A DNA stretch of 64,000 nt from Eledone cirrhosa (Eukaryota), in contig OZ024743.1 of NCBI GenBank assembly GCA_964016885.1, positions 195,052,001 to 195,116,000 on the forward strand, in the 5' to 3' direction. Under the pieces are notes generated by a model that was given only the letters and a program-made list of their open reading frames with translations, was not told the origin of the DNA and did no database searches. Made by a program: the position numbers and the translations under genes. Positions 1-15,075 of the stretch are shown here, in pieces; within the stretch, counting starts at the first letter, position 1; the number at the start of each line of letters is the position of its first letter.

Positions 1-199
1 TGGAAGAATTTTGAATCAGAATTTAAAGGGACATACCTAAATAGATTGGATTCAGAACACTGTAACCTTTCTGCTAACCACATTTCTGTACTAACTATAT
101 TTAAATTATAATTAATGTTTGCACTTTCGTTCCATATATTATAGTGTGATTACAATGTTGTTTGTTTACATCGCATTTGTTCATAAACATGCACAAGTA

Positions 200-1453
200 C
201 AGGGATGCACAGTTCTTTGGCAACATTTTCATGAATTTAGTAAAAAAAACGCATGCATAATGACAAAAGGTCTTTATTTGAGAAAATTTGGCGTGGCATG
301 AAAAATCTTGATGCGCTTCTTCACGCATCCACTCAATAAATACACCGATATAATTAATGGCTGCTTCAATATGAGATTGGAAACGTTGGCATGCTTGAAT
401 CAGATGACCTTTATCTCTTTTGGACATTGTGCTGCTTATGTCGGATGATTTCAGAGATTTATAGTGTTATGGGCGTTAGATGACATCCTCTCGATTAAGT
501 CCCATATATAATAGACGAATGGATTAAGTTCTGGAGAACTAGGAAGATATGTGTTAGGGTGATGTGATCACAGAGAACGTATCTCATCCTTTCTTGCGTC
601 GTCGTGGCCTTATGAGATGACTCAGAATTTTGTGGGCATGTGTATTGTCTTCCACTGCTCACGCTCTCTCTCTCTCTCCAAGGCCTCACAGCCCTTTCCA
701 ACACCTCCTTATACTCAGCAGCATTTGCTTTTAAACCGCAAGGAAAGACGTGAGGAGACATTACATCTTCCTCGTTGTTTCCGACTCCCAGTACCATCGC
801 AGTTGCCAGAAATCTTGTGTATATGGCCGTTGGAACGTCTTTAGAGTGTCTGCATAACGATCAGTCATTCCTCGATTGTCCTTTTGATACAGAACAGTTT
901 TTCGTATCAGAGAAAAACCAAAGTATTCCAGGCTTTTGATGCTGCATCTTGCTCAACGAGAGCTTTGCGCGGATCAGACTTTCTTCTGTTGTCTTTGCCA
1001 ATCTGCAGTCGCCTTTCCGTATCGCATATGATTCGTATTGAAATTCCTCATGCTCAGTTCTTCCGATAGTTTACCTTGAAAGCTTGAGCTCCATGGCAGT
1101 GATGCTAATTGACCTCCTCCGGTGGTTATTGATAATCTTTCAGCACCTTCCTTACAAATGTTGTTGTTTTGTTGACATTAGAACACTTAGCCGGCGTTTC
1201 ACGTTTCGCTACTTTAGAATAAACACTGTGAGCGGGCTCCAGATCCTTGTGAAATTTGACATCAAACGACTGTGCAACTTTCAGGAAGCGAGAAATCTCT
1301 AAATCCCTATGTTCTGTATTTAAGGCAATGATTACAGCATGCATTTTCATTTTATGTCTGTCACCATTTATCTGAAATGAAATACATACACACAAGTAAG
1401 AAAAAAAGTTATAGATATTAAAGGACGTGTCCTGAAAGAACTAAACAGCCCTG
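200..1453 (-). mobile_element. Decayed Tc1/mariner-superfamily DNA transposon (maT/DD37D-like)
   Basis: Imperfect TIRs ta|cagggatgcacagttcttt (200-218) and aaagaactaaacagccctg (1435-1453). Minus-strand ORF pieces 1126-1395 (N-terminal), 495-797 (MVLGVGNNEEDVMSPHVFPCGLKANAAEYKEVLE...PW...QNSESSHKA, DDD domain) and 101-427 (HLIQACQRFQSHIEAAI..GVFIE, C-terminal) are collinear but frameshifted. Confidence 0.85.
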
Positions 1454-2249
1454 CATATTCGGTGTTTTGCAATGAGCTTTAGCAGACATATTTCAAAAGC
1501 GAATTAATTCAATTCCATTTTATTACTACATTTCAATGACAAATTTAATTCTCGAAAGTTTCACAGCTACCTTTGAATAACTTTGCCGATAATGGTTTGA
1601 TTGCTAGAAGAATTTTATGGCTTCACTGCTTCTTCATAGTATGGCAGTGATTCGACACTTGCTAGGATTTAATTAATTAATTAAATATTTCTATTATTAA
1701 CCTGAGTATATGAACAAATACCGACATTTTATCACTACTACATACCTAATGATACAACATAGCAACTAAACAATCAGAGGTTGATGAGGAATTAACAATA
1801 GCAAATTAAGAAGAAAAAAATCTTCGAAATGCCATCCAAGTAATTTGAAGAAATCATCTAGCCCGCATACCGTCTATGTTGACCGAATAATGGAATAACA
1901 AAAAAGAATATTCTTTAACTGACTACATTACCTTAACTCAAATTTAAACACTCAGATATACAATTTCATATATTCCTTTTTCAGGGTTGTTTTCTATCGT
2001 TCAAGATCTAGCAAAATTCACACGTAGAACGCTAAGCTATAAACATTTTTTTCATCTGAAATATGCTGATATAGTCTCTTTGGATTACTCCATTAACTTA
2101 AAACAAACGATGTCAACATGTTTAATCAATTATTAATTATACCTATTTTAATTGTTGCATATACTAGGTTTGATAATATATGAATTAAGATAGAGTCATG
2201 TGTTAAAATTATAGATTAATATACGTTGTTTGGGTACTTTATCATTTGG

Positions 2250-2382
2250 TTGACATATGTTGATGCCTTAAGGACAGACACTGGTCTCTTGAAGCCGCGG
2301 GACATAGCAGCGATGATGAGTGACAGAGATCGCTGGAGACAACTCGTCCATGGATCTCAGGAATTTTACCCACCCTAGATAG
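2250..2382 (+). mobile_element. RTE-like LINE 3' end fragment
   Basis: Translates LTYVDALRTDTGLLKPRDIAAMMSDRDRWRQLV, resembling the RTE ORF C-terminus (M.DR..WR..V), followed by a short tagatagat tail. Confidence 0.55.
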
Positions 2383-2994
2383 ATTATTTGGAAAGCAATT
2401 GAAGAATATATTTGTATACAAAATCCTAAATTTATACAGATTGACGATTAGTATTTCTCAAAATTATAAATAACGTTAGTGAAGTGAGATTTCTTAACAA
2501 GAAACCGAAATTGCGTTGTCAAAATAATTTCTACTTCATTTTATTGTCAGAAGTTGTTACATTATGTTTGATCCTGCTCATAATTTTTAGCTAATTATTA
2601 TCGAACACCACATCAGCGGGAACGTAATAACCATATTAAATGTCAACTACAACGACATGTAAATGTAACGACTCTTATGACAGATAGCACAATCCTGTCT
2701 CTATTAATACCTGGAAAATATTAACGTTCTATTGTCAGAAGCGATATCGCTTCTGAAATATTTCGATGCGAAACACTTAGATGGACAGAAATGATATTCA
2801 GACCCCTTTATTATAAGTCTGAAGTAGGATGGTATTCAAGTAGTGCACCTTTAGCTATAATTTTATCGTCTGTTAAAAGGATTTGTACATGAATAAGACT
2901 CGGATTTTATGCGATGTAAAGCTGAATACGAAACAATATATTCAGATTTAACAAAGCATGTTCTCACTCAAGTCATATGTACTATTGTGTATAG

Positions 2995-3074
2995 TTCACA
3001 CATACGATTTCAAGATGCCTACTAATATTACATGCGTGAAATATTAGTAGGCATCTTGAAATCTTATGTGTGAA
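2995..3074. repeat. Near-perfect 80-bp palindrome (35-bp arms, ~10-nt spacer)
   Basis: ttcacacatacgatttcaagatgcctactaatatt ... aatattagtaggcatcttgaaatcttatgtgtgaa, one mismatch. Confidence 0.9.
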
Positions 3075-3475
3075 GCCATTTCTTTACAAATACAGCATAT
3101 ATAATAAATAATGTGTTAGTATGTAAGAATATTTTTTACATTTCCAGTAACAAAACACGGCGCTGTCTCTTATAAATAATATTTTTAAATATTATTTAAA
3201 ATGCCATTTTATGATCAATATTTTTAAATATTAATCATAAAATGGCATGGATACGCTAATTTCTAATATTTCTGATATGTCTCACAAACACACACATACG
3301 GACGTGCTCGTAAGGTACCACTAAACCGCAATGATTTTTGAGCTATCTAAACCTATAAAATACAAATGATATAGATAAGGACCTAACACTGCTTCATACT
3401 GTTGCTCCTACACATCTTTAACTCCTTGTTATCTCTGTTTTCTTTTGATCACATCCCTTATTTATTCACACACAC

Positions 3476-3519
<44 letters not shown>

Positions 3520-4520
3520 GCGTGTAAATGTTGGTCTGAACGGGTTGTACTACTTTTAAAATTCAAATTAATTTTCATTAAAGCTTAAATTTAAAAAAAA
3601 GGGATTATCTAAAGGGAATCTGGTTTGAATATATTGTGACATGGTATACATAAGTTTAAATCGTATCTAGATTTAAGATGCAAATACTTTGAAACGCCCG
3701 TGCATGGACACCAAGTTATTTCTGCATTTTATATCGCTTTCAGGCGGAGAATTGACAAAGCGTTTAAACGTCGGATTGAAAACATCGAAATATTCGTTCC
3801 GGTGTTCTGCACCTTGAGTTTTAAAGCCCATTGAGATCAACATGGCCTTTCATGCTTCTGGGTTCGAAACAAAATGTTACAACCCAGTTCTAGGGTCGAT
3901 TGTTCCTCTGTATTTCTCTCTACCATTCACTTCCAGCCACTGGAGGAAATCAGCAGTGTTCCGAGCTGATGAAGGATAGAATCCGTGAGGTTAAACATTC
4001 CCAGAACCCTCCGTATCACACTAGCGCTGTATACATCCGGGTAGATATCGTTCTTATTTGAATTTCATATGAAAACATCCAATCAAATTGTGAGTAATTT
4101 CGAAGCCTATTATCGTTTGTCAGTTTCATAACATTTCTTTGATCTGCTATTTGTTCTGTTTTAATTAATGTTCACCAATTACTGATTTAAAATTATTGAG
4201 TAAGATCGAATTGATTATGGGTCACAATATTCATCAGACGTCATTGTGCATACTTCATGTCTTTTTTCAGATGGTATTTCTTTTGATCCCACAATCTAAT
4301 ATTGTGATATGCAATTTCTTTTTTCACACCCTACAAATTGAATTATTCAGCAATAGATACTTTCGATGTCTTCTTTTTATTAATATTGATGTCCAGTTAC
4401 TTATAGATTTATGATCGTTCGTACTACCCAAGAGTTTTCAGGTCTTTGTAGTTGCCTATATGTTGTATGTTTAACATGCTAATAATTCATTGTAGATGCT
4501 CATTTTTTCTGAAACGTCTC

Positions 4521-6187
4521 ATGTATGTATGTATGTATGTATGTATGTATGTATGTATGTATGTATGTATGTATGTATGTACGTACGTATGTATATATGC
4601 ATGCATGTGCTTCAAAACGCCTAGGAACTCAGGAGAGTCAATGACCACCCAATAAATTTTATTTTTTAGGGAGGGGCCGGTGAAATGGAATGAGAGTCCA
4701 CTGGTCTTCATTAAGTCATCTCTCTAGTAGAATTCCACTCTGATATAAACTTGCGACTTTATTTGCATCCAATGTTGTAGACGAGTACTCCTTTTTGGCT
4801 AAATACATTCGATGTTCAGTTTATTTGTTCCATTTTTATCTATTCCAGAAATGTTTTGCTTGCTTCCATCACATGCAACGGGAATACATGCGTGCATGTA
4901 TTTTTGTATGTACTATTCTTTCCCTCCATCTGCCACATTCTGTTCGGCTGCCCCCCCCCCCCCCCTCTCGTTCTCTTGCTCTTTCTCCTTCTCTTCCTCT
5001 TTGTATCTCACTCTCTCTATATCTATCTCTGTCTGTATGTCTGTCTCTCTCTCTATATATATTTATCTATCTATCTCTAGCTAGCTATCTAAATATATAT
5101 CTTTATATGTATATATGTATGTATGTATCTATCTATCTGTCTATCAATCCATTTATCTATCCATATAAACCTATGTATCTATCGGTCTATGTATCTGTCT
5201 TTCATTCGAGGATCTCGCTTGAAGCAGTCTTCCAAACATTTCCTTCAATATATCAACATGGAATATATGGATTAACGTTGCTAAATTAGTAATAAGTAAT
5301 TTTCTGTTTGTACTTGACCTACAATGCTACTTGTGCTACATCCGTACATACATACACACGTACACGTACATACATACATACGCACCCAAGCAAACACACA
5401 TACACAAACACACAAACACACAAACACCTACATAAACATATATATATATTTCATTATGTATATATGTAATTCATATATATATATGTAATTCATATATATA
5501 TATGTGGAAGTATGTATATATATATATATAATATATATATATACAATACCTATATCCATATCTGTAAGTATGAATATATAATATATATATGTGTGTGTGT
5601 GTGTGTGTGTCTGCGTAAAGCGCGTAACAGGTCGATACGCAATAAATATTTTTCATATGTAAACGTAACTTCCTCGTTTTTTCCATTATAGACACACACA
5701 CACACACATACACACATAAACACGCAGACACACACACACACACACGCACACACACACACACATATATATATATATTATATATATTACATATACACATATG
5801 TGTAAGTATGTATTTATATATATCGATGTATGCACTCATATATATGCCTGGGTGCATATATGTATATGTGTGTGCATGTATGTACATTTAAATACATGTA
5901 ATCCTCCATAAAGGCGACAACAGTTTTGATTGCTTGACATTTAGGAACCTTAAATATCCATTATTGGGATATATTTTTCTTCCAGTGAAAATGAATCGAA
6001 ACCTTTTCATAAAACTACCTTGCTGGAAGCTAAACATGCGTAAACATTATGATCTTTTTGTTTCTGGTAGATATTCTCATTAATGCATAAAGATATATAT
6101 ATATATATAGGTATATATAAGTATATATGTATATAAGTATATATATATATATATACTTATATAAATATATACTTATACTTATATATA

Positions 6188-6284
<97 letters not shown>

Positions 6285-6304
6285 ATATATAGATATATAT
6301 ATAT

Positions 6305-6401
<97 letters not shown>

Positions 6402-6456
6402 ATGCTGGCATTAGCGTACATCTGTGCGCTTCTGTTAGTAGATATATTAAATTATC

Positions 6457-6489
<33 letters not shown>

Positions 6490-6930
6490 CTGTAGTCTTG
6501 TGTTTTCTAGCATGTGCACATATACCATATTTTTTACTACTAATCAGAATGGGTGTGTGATTCTGTGTGTATCTGTGTGTTTGCATGTACGTTTGATTGA
6601 GTGTGTGTGTGTGTGTGATTATGTGTGAATGCTTGTGTTTGTGTGTGTGTGTGTGTTTGTATATACGTGTGATTGCGTTTGTATCAGTATGTCTGTATGT
6701 GTACATGATTGTTTGTGTGTGTGTTTGTGTATATTTCTGATTGTGTGTGTATCAGTGTGTTTGTACGTGTGTACGATTGTATGTATGTATTTGTTCATAT
6801 TTGTGATTGTGAGTGTATGTGTGTGTTTTTGTGTATATTTGTGATTGTGTGTGTATCTGTGTGTTTGTAATAATGCGCATAATTGCGTGTGTATCTGTGT
6901 GTAAGTGTTTGTATTCATGTATGTGTTTTT
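4521..6930. repeat. Microsatellite/low-complexity block: (TATG)n, (CT)n, (TA)n, (CA)n, degenerate (GT)n
   Basis: Directly visible simple repeats with short unique spacers. Confidence 0.9.
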
Positions 6931-9900
6931 GGTAATAATATCCAATAATATATATAGCCATTTTTTTTCTAGTGTGTCGTTGCTCCAATCGAAGCCAGTG
7001 TCATGCATCCCTATGAGTGGTGATATTAACTATCCTCCTTATAATTTCCTTCCGATCTGCAATATTATTACTTTCAATCCTCTATATAATCAATAGTACC
7101 TGAACAAATGCTGTCTCTTGAACCGCTCCCTTAATATCCTCCTTCTACTGACACACTATTTCATATCTTCATCATTTTTATAAAATTCATATTCATTTCT
7201 TTCGTTTTATTGTTTTTTTTATTTCTTTTGTTTATGTTTTTCATCGCTCTAATCCTTCTTTTTCTCCCACTTTCCTTCTACCTATCTCTCTTTCTATCAC
7301 TCTCACTATCATTCTTCCTAACAATTTGTCTCTACTCATCCCAGTTTCTTTCTTTTTCTCTCGCGTTGTTTCACCTTTACCCTCTCCAGAGACTGCTTTT
7401 TTCTCTCTCTACCAAAAATCTATAGGTTTAATTGGGGTTCGCCCGCCAACCATGTTATCCAATCATGAAAAAACAGCTGCGTAACTAGTCAAACGCTGGA
7501 GATCAATCAATTCTCTCCTAAAACTGTCTTCACTGACTATGATTGATGGTCGTGTTGCCAACCGGACAACCGGTATTTGAGTCCAGCATTAGAAAACCTA
7601 GGGATAAAAGCAATAAATAAATGCATATATCGAAGAATTAGAAATATTCCCACTTCTCTAATTATTCTTCATTATATTTCCAAAGTAGTTGTAAAACAAG
7701 TTCATGACGTAGTGCAAATGTGTGTGGCGGGGTTCTGACGTCAATCTTGCTCGGCATCTGATAACACTAACTTGAAAGAGATAGTTATATTTTAGTGAGT
7801 AACATGGTCTATTAATCATAAAACTTGTACACTAATGATGTTCGGTTATTATAGGTCATATTTTTGCCATATTACACCCATTTGGCATTTGATGGAGTTC
7901 GAAAGGAAGTAATGATCGTAAAATGTCTATAATAAACACTTCTAAATGCCTTAGTAAAGATAAACTGTTAGACCAGCACTATCATTACTCATCATCATCA
8001 TCATAATCAGCATAATCAGCAGCAGCATCCTAACATTATCATCACGATCACAACAATTACCCTCACCTTCATTGCTCGTGCAACCATGAATACCTTTTAC
8101 ATAGAATATCTCCCTCATCTCCGCAACAACAACAATATTACCAACATCAATATGGAGGTTAATAACAATATAAACAACAAGCGGCAGCTGTTGCAGTAGT
8201 GATAACACATTTAATTCCACCCATTTTCATTCCTATCTTACTTCTTATCGCTGCTGTGACAAACATCATTGAAGAAGTTCGTCTATAATTAACCAAAAGC
8301 TATTAAGAGATTCATCGTATTTTATTTTTCTCACCGGCTACGAGAAATAAACACTCGTCACAATTTATAGAAAATCGCTGCAGTACTAGAATACATCTCC
8401 CCTTCCACTGAAATATTCTCCCCTATTATTATATCAACACCAGACCCAACGTCAACTACACTTAACTATAATCTGCAAAGTATTTCCCATTACTACTATC
8501 ATCATCAACATTCACGTTCTCATCGCATTTACAATAATATTATCAAATAAAATGCACATGAGTGTTAAAAAAAATACTATATCCCTTGTTAAATATGATA
8601 TATTATACTTAACATTAGGATATCGTGAAATTCAACATTCATACGCTAAGCGAGCTGATATTTTAAGAATAAATATTTTGGAACCCCTCCAATCTCTATA
8701 TTACTTTGCATCACACAATCCTATAGGACAATACTTTTCTACTCTATTTCATTTCAAGATTACTATAGCTCAGAATGTTGTATTGAGCTGAAAACCAAAC
8801 ATACAATAAATCCAATATCACAAAATTTCATCAGTCTTGTTAATAAAACAACACTAACACCTCCATCACCAGCGAATGCATAATGCTTTAAACAATCAGT
8901 TTAATAACAGTAGATTAGTTATATCTTAGACTAATCAAGTTCTGCTGTTGCCCCCAATCCTCCTACCGAATATTACTACCGAATATTACAATACACAAAC
9001 CAATAAAATCAGCGTTTTCTAAATTATAATACACGGCAAATACAATATAAGGAGACAGTTTTTCCGATTCAGCGCATTTCTTACAACTATACGTGAAGGC
9101 CTTTTCAATCTCTTACTTTCACTGTGTCTACAATTGTTTTGCCCCCCCCCCCCCCCCCCCCCCCCCCAACAAAAAACCCACAAAAAAAACAACACACACA
9201 CATCAAAAGAAAGACATTATTTATTTACATTCTAGCTGTAAACTAGACGAAAGTATCTTGATTGTTATACTGCAATGCGGTCCATCACTGCATTACACTG
9301 TGGTGTAATTTCGGAACAGAATGAATAAACATTTTATATGTCTCAATAAAACAATTGGATACCTGTCTTCCAGAATGTATCTTGGATAGCTTTAACTATG
9401 AATACGGTAAACTAACAAAGCTAGTAACTGTCAGTAGGACATCACTACCAACATCCCGATATAAACAATAACAAAGCCAGTAACACTGACAGTAGTAGAA
9501 TCACTAGCGACATGAAGCATATGTACGTTAGAAGCAATATTACAATTATGAACACTTTTCCAATTGTAATAATTAGCTAGCTGTATAACGTACATTAATA
9601 GTCTAAACGACAGGCTGATTACCACCACTGAGACAAGGAATATACTATCAATACTGTTGCACTGACCCTACAATAACCACTGTTTTACGGAACGTCACTA
9701 ACTCATATAAGTCATTGTCTAACTATACGTAGTACTTTTCAGTACATTAATTTATTCTTTTTGAATGTGTAAATCTATTTAGCTGGTTGCATTAACATCT
9801 CTATTTATATTTTTGCCATAACATCTACCCAATCCAAATAATACCAAATCAATTACTCTTTCATTTACTTTTATACACTTGGTAAACATTTTGTTTTATG

Positions 9901-10221
9901 TGAATATAACGTTTGTAATATGCATGTAGGATTATCATAGCCGTCACTGTAGTATACATATTTTGTGTAGTATGCATTTTTTGTGTAGTATATTTTATAA
10001 CATCGGTGGCATCAATCCTAATTTTCAGGGTGTAGACATAATCCCAATTTAACCCAATTTAACATTAACATCTGTCATGTTAGTTCATATAACAAACTCC
10101 AGACTGTTAAATATATTAGGACTAGGTTTTCGGTCAAGATATACCTGCCTCCATTCTTACAAGTCGTGGAAACTATTATATGGGTTATTGTCGTTATCTT
10201 TTCTCTTGTACATAAGACATA

Positions 10222-10411
10222 AAATAATTGTTTATACTTTTGGCACAAGGCCAGCAATTACCCAGTGCATTACTGGTACTTTATTTTATCGACCCCGTAA
10301 GGATGAAAGGCAAAGTTAACCTCGGCAGGATTTAAACTCAGTCCGTAAAGCGACGTAACTGTGCTGCAAAGCATGGCGTCCGAGCCTCTACCGATACTGC
10401 CAATTCACCAC
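10222..10411 (-). mobile_element. tRNA-derived SINE (octopod type)
   Basis: Reverse complement matches the copies at 53.5-55.7 kb: A-box-like tggcagtatcggtag, B-box region, core ggggtcgataaaataaagtaccagt, 3' end ccttgtgccaaaag. Confidence 0.85.
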
Positions 10412-10615
10412 AGTTCTACATTAGACCAACAATTTGAAGGGGATGGGAAAGTCGACTAAATCGACTTCTGTGCGTTACAGGTAATTTATTTTATCGACCC
10501 TCTAATGATGAAAGGCAAAGCTAACCTCGGCGGTTTTTGAACTCAGAACGTAATGTTGCGTAACTCTATGCCAAAAAGCATGTTGTCCTACGCTCTACCG
10601 ATACTGCCAATCCAC
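10412..10615 (-). mobile_element. tRNA-derived SINE, second adjacent copy (longer 3' variant)
   Basis: Same A/B boxes and core, plus a gtcgatttagtcgact segment also seen in similar form at 30.8 kb. Confidence 0.8.
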
Positions 10616-10711
10616 AGAACGTAAGATGTTAAATAATAATAATTATCATCAGCATTTTTTTTTTGGGGGGGGGGTCAAAGCTATAGCACATTCTAAAACA
10701 GAATATGTATA

Positions 10712-10804
<93 letters not shown>

Positions 10805-11330
10805 TATATATATAAATGAAATAGCAAGTGTGGCTAAATTGGACATGAGGAAACCTTATGAGTATTCGATTTGCAATACCGCAAATGCTAATCACGTGCA
10901 CTCACGTGCTAAACTAAAAGACGTTTCACAACCAGAGCAATTATACTTGTAAGCACGAATTAAAGTGAATCTACAGAGTACGGCAAAAAAAAAAAAATAA
11001 CATATTTTAACGGTGCATCGTGTAAATTATGGGATATTTTTCTTCTATACCCAGAATATAGTCGCGCTAGTATAACGACATAAGCAAAGATATATCTGTG
11101 TGTACAATCATATCGGAGACTACACCCTCTTGATATATAATGGAGTGAAATCTTCTGTTATGTCTCCATTTACTAGAACACATATTCTTCAAATGCCGTG
11201 AATAAGTGGGATCGTCAGAACATCGGATGAAATGCTTTTTTCGTTTTGTTCCGGCTCTCTGGTGCTCTGAGTTCATAAGACTGAGCATATGTCGAGCTGG
11301 CGCTCCTACGACTCTATTAGAAATACGGAT

Positions 11331-11362
<32 letters not shown>

Positions 11363-11364
11363 GC

Positions 11365-11600
11365 CCAGCGATACTTTCCTGAGACATTCTAAATACATAC
11401 CCATGGTATCGGAGCTGTGATCTCTCAATCTGGAGACGAAGAACCAGAGTAAAATGGTTCGATATCATCCATGAGCTTGACTGGTCACGCCTGGGGATCC
11501 AACCGTATCAGTTGGAGACGGTTGGATCTGACAGAATCGCTGGAATGAGTGATTGAGGACTCTGCCTCCACGGTCCTCTCAGGACTAAGTGTGCGAAGAA
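11365..11600 (-). mobile_element. RTE-like LINE fragment between microsatellites
   Basis: Minus-strand translation IERSQLRYHGYVFRMSQESIA is homologous to the 57.4 kb fragment (ILRYYGFVNRMSQQRIA). Confidence 0.55.
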
Positions 11601-11624
11601 GATATATATACATATATATAAAAG

Positions 11625-11721
<97 letters not shown>

Positions 11722-11789
11722 CATTTTTTATTATATATTTATATATATATATATATATGTACCATATATATATGTGTGTGTGTGTGTGT

Positions 11790-12712
11790 GTGCCATTTTC
11801 ATCAACTAGAGGGCCAACAGTGGAGATGGTGTTTTTTAGCAAATGAAAAGAACATTTTGGGGTTGAGTTTTATTTTCTCATTGGCCCACCTCTCTTCAGC
11901 TATTCTCTGGTTATTGATGATGGTCATCATGCATTGCTGGAGGTTATATCTTTTTGACTCAAGCAGGGCGATAGTCATTGAATGTGTGTGTTGCTGTTGG
12001 CAGTATTTTAGTGTGTTAATTTTTTTGTTTCTTCTTTTTTTTTCTGATAATTGTTTTTTCTGTTTTGGAGGATACTGCACTTGGTTCTGTTCACAGGTTT
12101 TGGTGGGGTGTGTTTTCTACATATATTTGTGACAGTGTCTACAAAGATCTGCCAGGATGTTTTTATGTCGATGGACATGTGTGCGTGTGTAAAAGACCAG
12201 TCGACATGTGATAGTTTGTTCATAATTGCATCCCTGTTGGCATTGTAGAAATCCATATTATCAAATGGTTGGGGTGGAAAGAGGACACTGGGATTAGCTT
12301 TCGGTTGGTGGATTCTCAGGTTACAAAGAACCATGTCATGGTCTGAGAGAAGGGTTTTTTCCACTGTAATATTATGTATATTGTTAGTGTGGTTACTAAA
12401 CACTAGATCCAGAATGTTCTTATGATGCCTCGTTGGTCGAAGGAAAAGTTGCGACAAGAAAAACGTATTCATGAAGTCAAGAAGTGACTCGACAGCTTCT
12501 TTGTCAGTGGTTGAGGCTGTGGTGCCTGGTTTCAAACTATATGTAGACCAATCGACACAGGGTAGATTAAAGTCTCCCATCAAATGTATGTTGCTAGAAT
12601 GGCACTGTTTAATAAAGCATTTAATACTGTTGAGGCATTCTTTGAAGCAGATTATGGGTGTTTGTGGTGGCCTATAGAGCCCAACTAATGTCAGGTCACA
12701 AGTTTTATTGTG
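11790..12712 (-). mobile_element. CR1/Jockey-group LINE fragment, AP-endonuclease domain
   Basis: Upstream YRPP motif, then ORF 12008-12583 with GDFNLP.VDW, PTR..NILDLVF and SDH motifs. The downstream frame gives [11 protein letters not shown]. Flanked by microsatellites. Confidence 0.85.
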
Positions 12713-12729
12713 CGCATATATATATATAA

Positions 12730-12839
<110 letters not shown>

Positions 12840-12878
12840 TTATATATATATATATATGCATATACATATATGTATTAA

Positions 12879-12918
<40 letters not shown>

Positions 12919-12925
12919 GTGTGTA

Positions 12926-13022
<97 letters not shown>

Positions 13023-13233
13023 ATATATATATATTGTTATACTTGGGGAGGGTCATATTTGTGTAATATTGCCAGAATTAATAACAGAACACACTCACTG
13101 TTTGGTTGGCTTTCGCTTCTCGCTTCTGTGTCTTTTATATCGGTAATCTAACTTACTCGGTCCTCAATGTTGCCATTGACTGACCGACGGGCAAAAATAA
13201 TACAGATACAATATAGACACAAATACATATATA

Positions 13234-13285
13234 TAGTTTATCATAAATCTTTCGTTGTGCATCTGCAACATCGTCAGTGGTGCTA
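13234..13285 (-). ncRNA. Minimal type I hammerhead motif (decayed) in the PLE terminal repeat; second copy at 15308-15358 (+)
   Basis: Reverse complement: tagcacca CTGACGA tgttg cagatgca caac GAAA gatt TA tgata. Stem I is imperfect, and the right-hand copy lacks A9. Confidence 0.55.
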
Positions 13286-13864
13286 TCGTTTCCTCCCGTT
13301 GCATTGTATGTCTACGCCATTTTTTATTCAGTTTGTCTATATATTTATTTATTTATTTGCTTGTTTGTTTATTTTATTTTGTCTTCTTTGCGCATGCGTT
13401 TGAGTGTGTGTATAGTGTTTTATTTGATGTGTGAAGGGTGACTAGTGTGTGTTTATGTGCTTGTTGTTATTGTGCTTGTGTATGTATTTATTTATTTATT
13501 TATTTTATTTTATTTACTTATTTATACTTCTCTTAGGTCAGTGGTGTTTGTTTGGGTGTTGTTGTTATTCCATTCATTCTTTCTGTTTAGTCTTGGTCTT
13601 CTTATTTCTATTTCACTGGCCTCTCTGATTTGCATATCTGCTGGGTCATTTCTATGTTTAGATATTATTCTAATTTCTATGTTGTCTATGTTACCGCCAT
13701 GTTGTTGTCTAGCATGTTCGTATAGTACTGACCCGTTTTTTTCAGCCTTTTAGATCCCCCCAGTGTTGGTCTATCCTTTCACCTATGCTTCGAGCTGTCT
13801 CACCTATGTATTTTGTTGTCATGTTTCTGCAAGTACCCTCTGTACATCTTATGCTATAGACTAC

Positions 13865-15075
13865 ATAACGAGAGTACATGATGAGAGCTCCATAGACCTC
13901 ATCATGTACTCTCGTTATGTAGACGATATCAATATAGTTATAAGAACATCCCCACTAGAAAGCACTAACAAGTTTGATTTAGAACGTAGCACAATGGAAA
14001 GCATCCAGCAGATAGCTAATTCCATACACCAGAGTATAACTGTAACTATCGACTTCCCTTCCAAACACCCTAACAATAGACTAACGGTATTAGACACAAA
14101 ACTCTGGATTAACACTATAGACGAGAGATCCCAAATTCTCCACTCACACTATGCTAAACCCATGGCCTCCAAATACCTGATACTCAAAAACTCAGCAATG
14201 TCCATTAGTCCTAAGTTTAATATTCTGATCGCAGATTTGGTACGAGTGATGAAGAATGTGTCCCGAATGTGCGACCCAACAGAAATGGAAAGACACATCC
14301 AACACTTCATCAACCGCATGCAGTTCTCTGGCTACAACCAAAGAGACAGAGTCAGAGTTTACGAAGGAGCCATGGAGAATTATAAGACCCTCATAGAACT
14401 GGACATGAAAGGAATTTGCCCATTATACAGGAGCAAATCATGGAATAGCTTAGATAGGGCTAGACATAAGATAGGGAAAGCCACCTCATGGTACGACAAC
14501 CAGAGATACCAGAGTGTCATGTTTGTGGACGCTACCCCTGGAGGGAAATTAGCTAACCAGTGTAGAAAGGCCCTGAGAAAGACCCACTTAAAAATTAAGG
14601 TGGTAAAAAAGCCAGGAACCACCATAAAATCCCTGATCAGCAAAACCTACCCTTTTAAGAAAACCCACTGTACCAATAGGAAATGTATCATATGTAAGTT
14701 AAACCCCCGGATAAACTGTAAAACAGAAACGTAGTCTATAGCATAAGATGTACAGAGGGTACTTGCAGAAACATGACAACAACATACATAGGTGAGACAA
14801 CTCGAAGTATAGGTGTAAGGATAGACCAACACTGGGGGGAACTAAAAAGACGAAAAAACGGGTCAGTACTATAAGAACATGCTAGACAACAACATGACGA
14901 TAACATAGACAACATAGAAATTAGAATAATATCTAAACATAGAAATGACCCAGCAGATAGGCAAATCAGAGACGCCAGTGAAATAGAAATAAGAAGACCA
15001 AGACTAAACAGAAAGAATGAATGGAATAACAACAACACCCAAACAAACAACACTGACCTAAGAGAAGTATAAATA
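13865..15075 (+). pseudogene. PLE reverse transcriptase C-terminal half + Cys linker + GIY-YIG endonuclease
   Basis: ORF 13763-14734 has YSRYVDD, DFPS.H..RL.VLD, HYAKP and CTNRKCIIC. After a frameshift at ~14730 comes VVYSIRC...YIGETTRSIGVRIDQH...EH...E...RPRLN. The right copy has TAA where the left inverted copy has TAC. The first ~34 aa of the listed ORF come from the inverted arm. Confidence 0.9.

Noticed and set aside
3540-3702. Possible mariner-type MITE ends (acgggttgt / gaaacgcccgt)
   Set aside because: The match is too short and degenerate.
11040-11330. CTGACGA on the minus strand downstream of a tatttctaatag motif
   Set aside because: No matching GAAA or closing stems were found.
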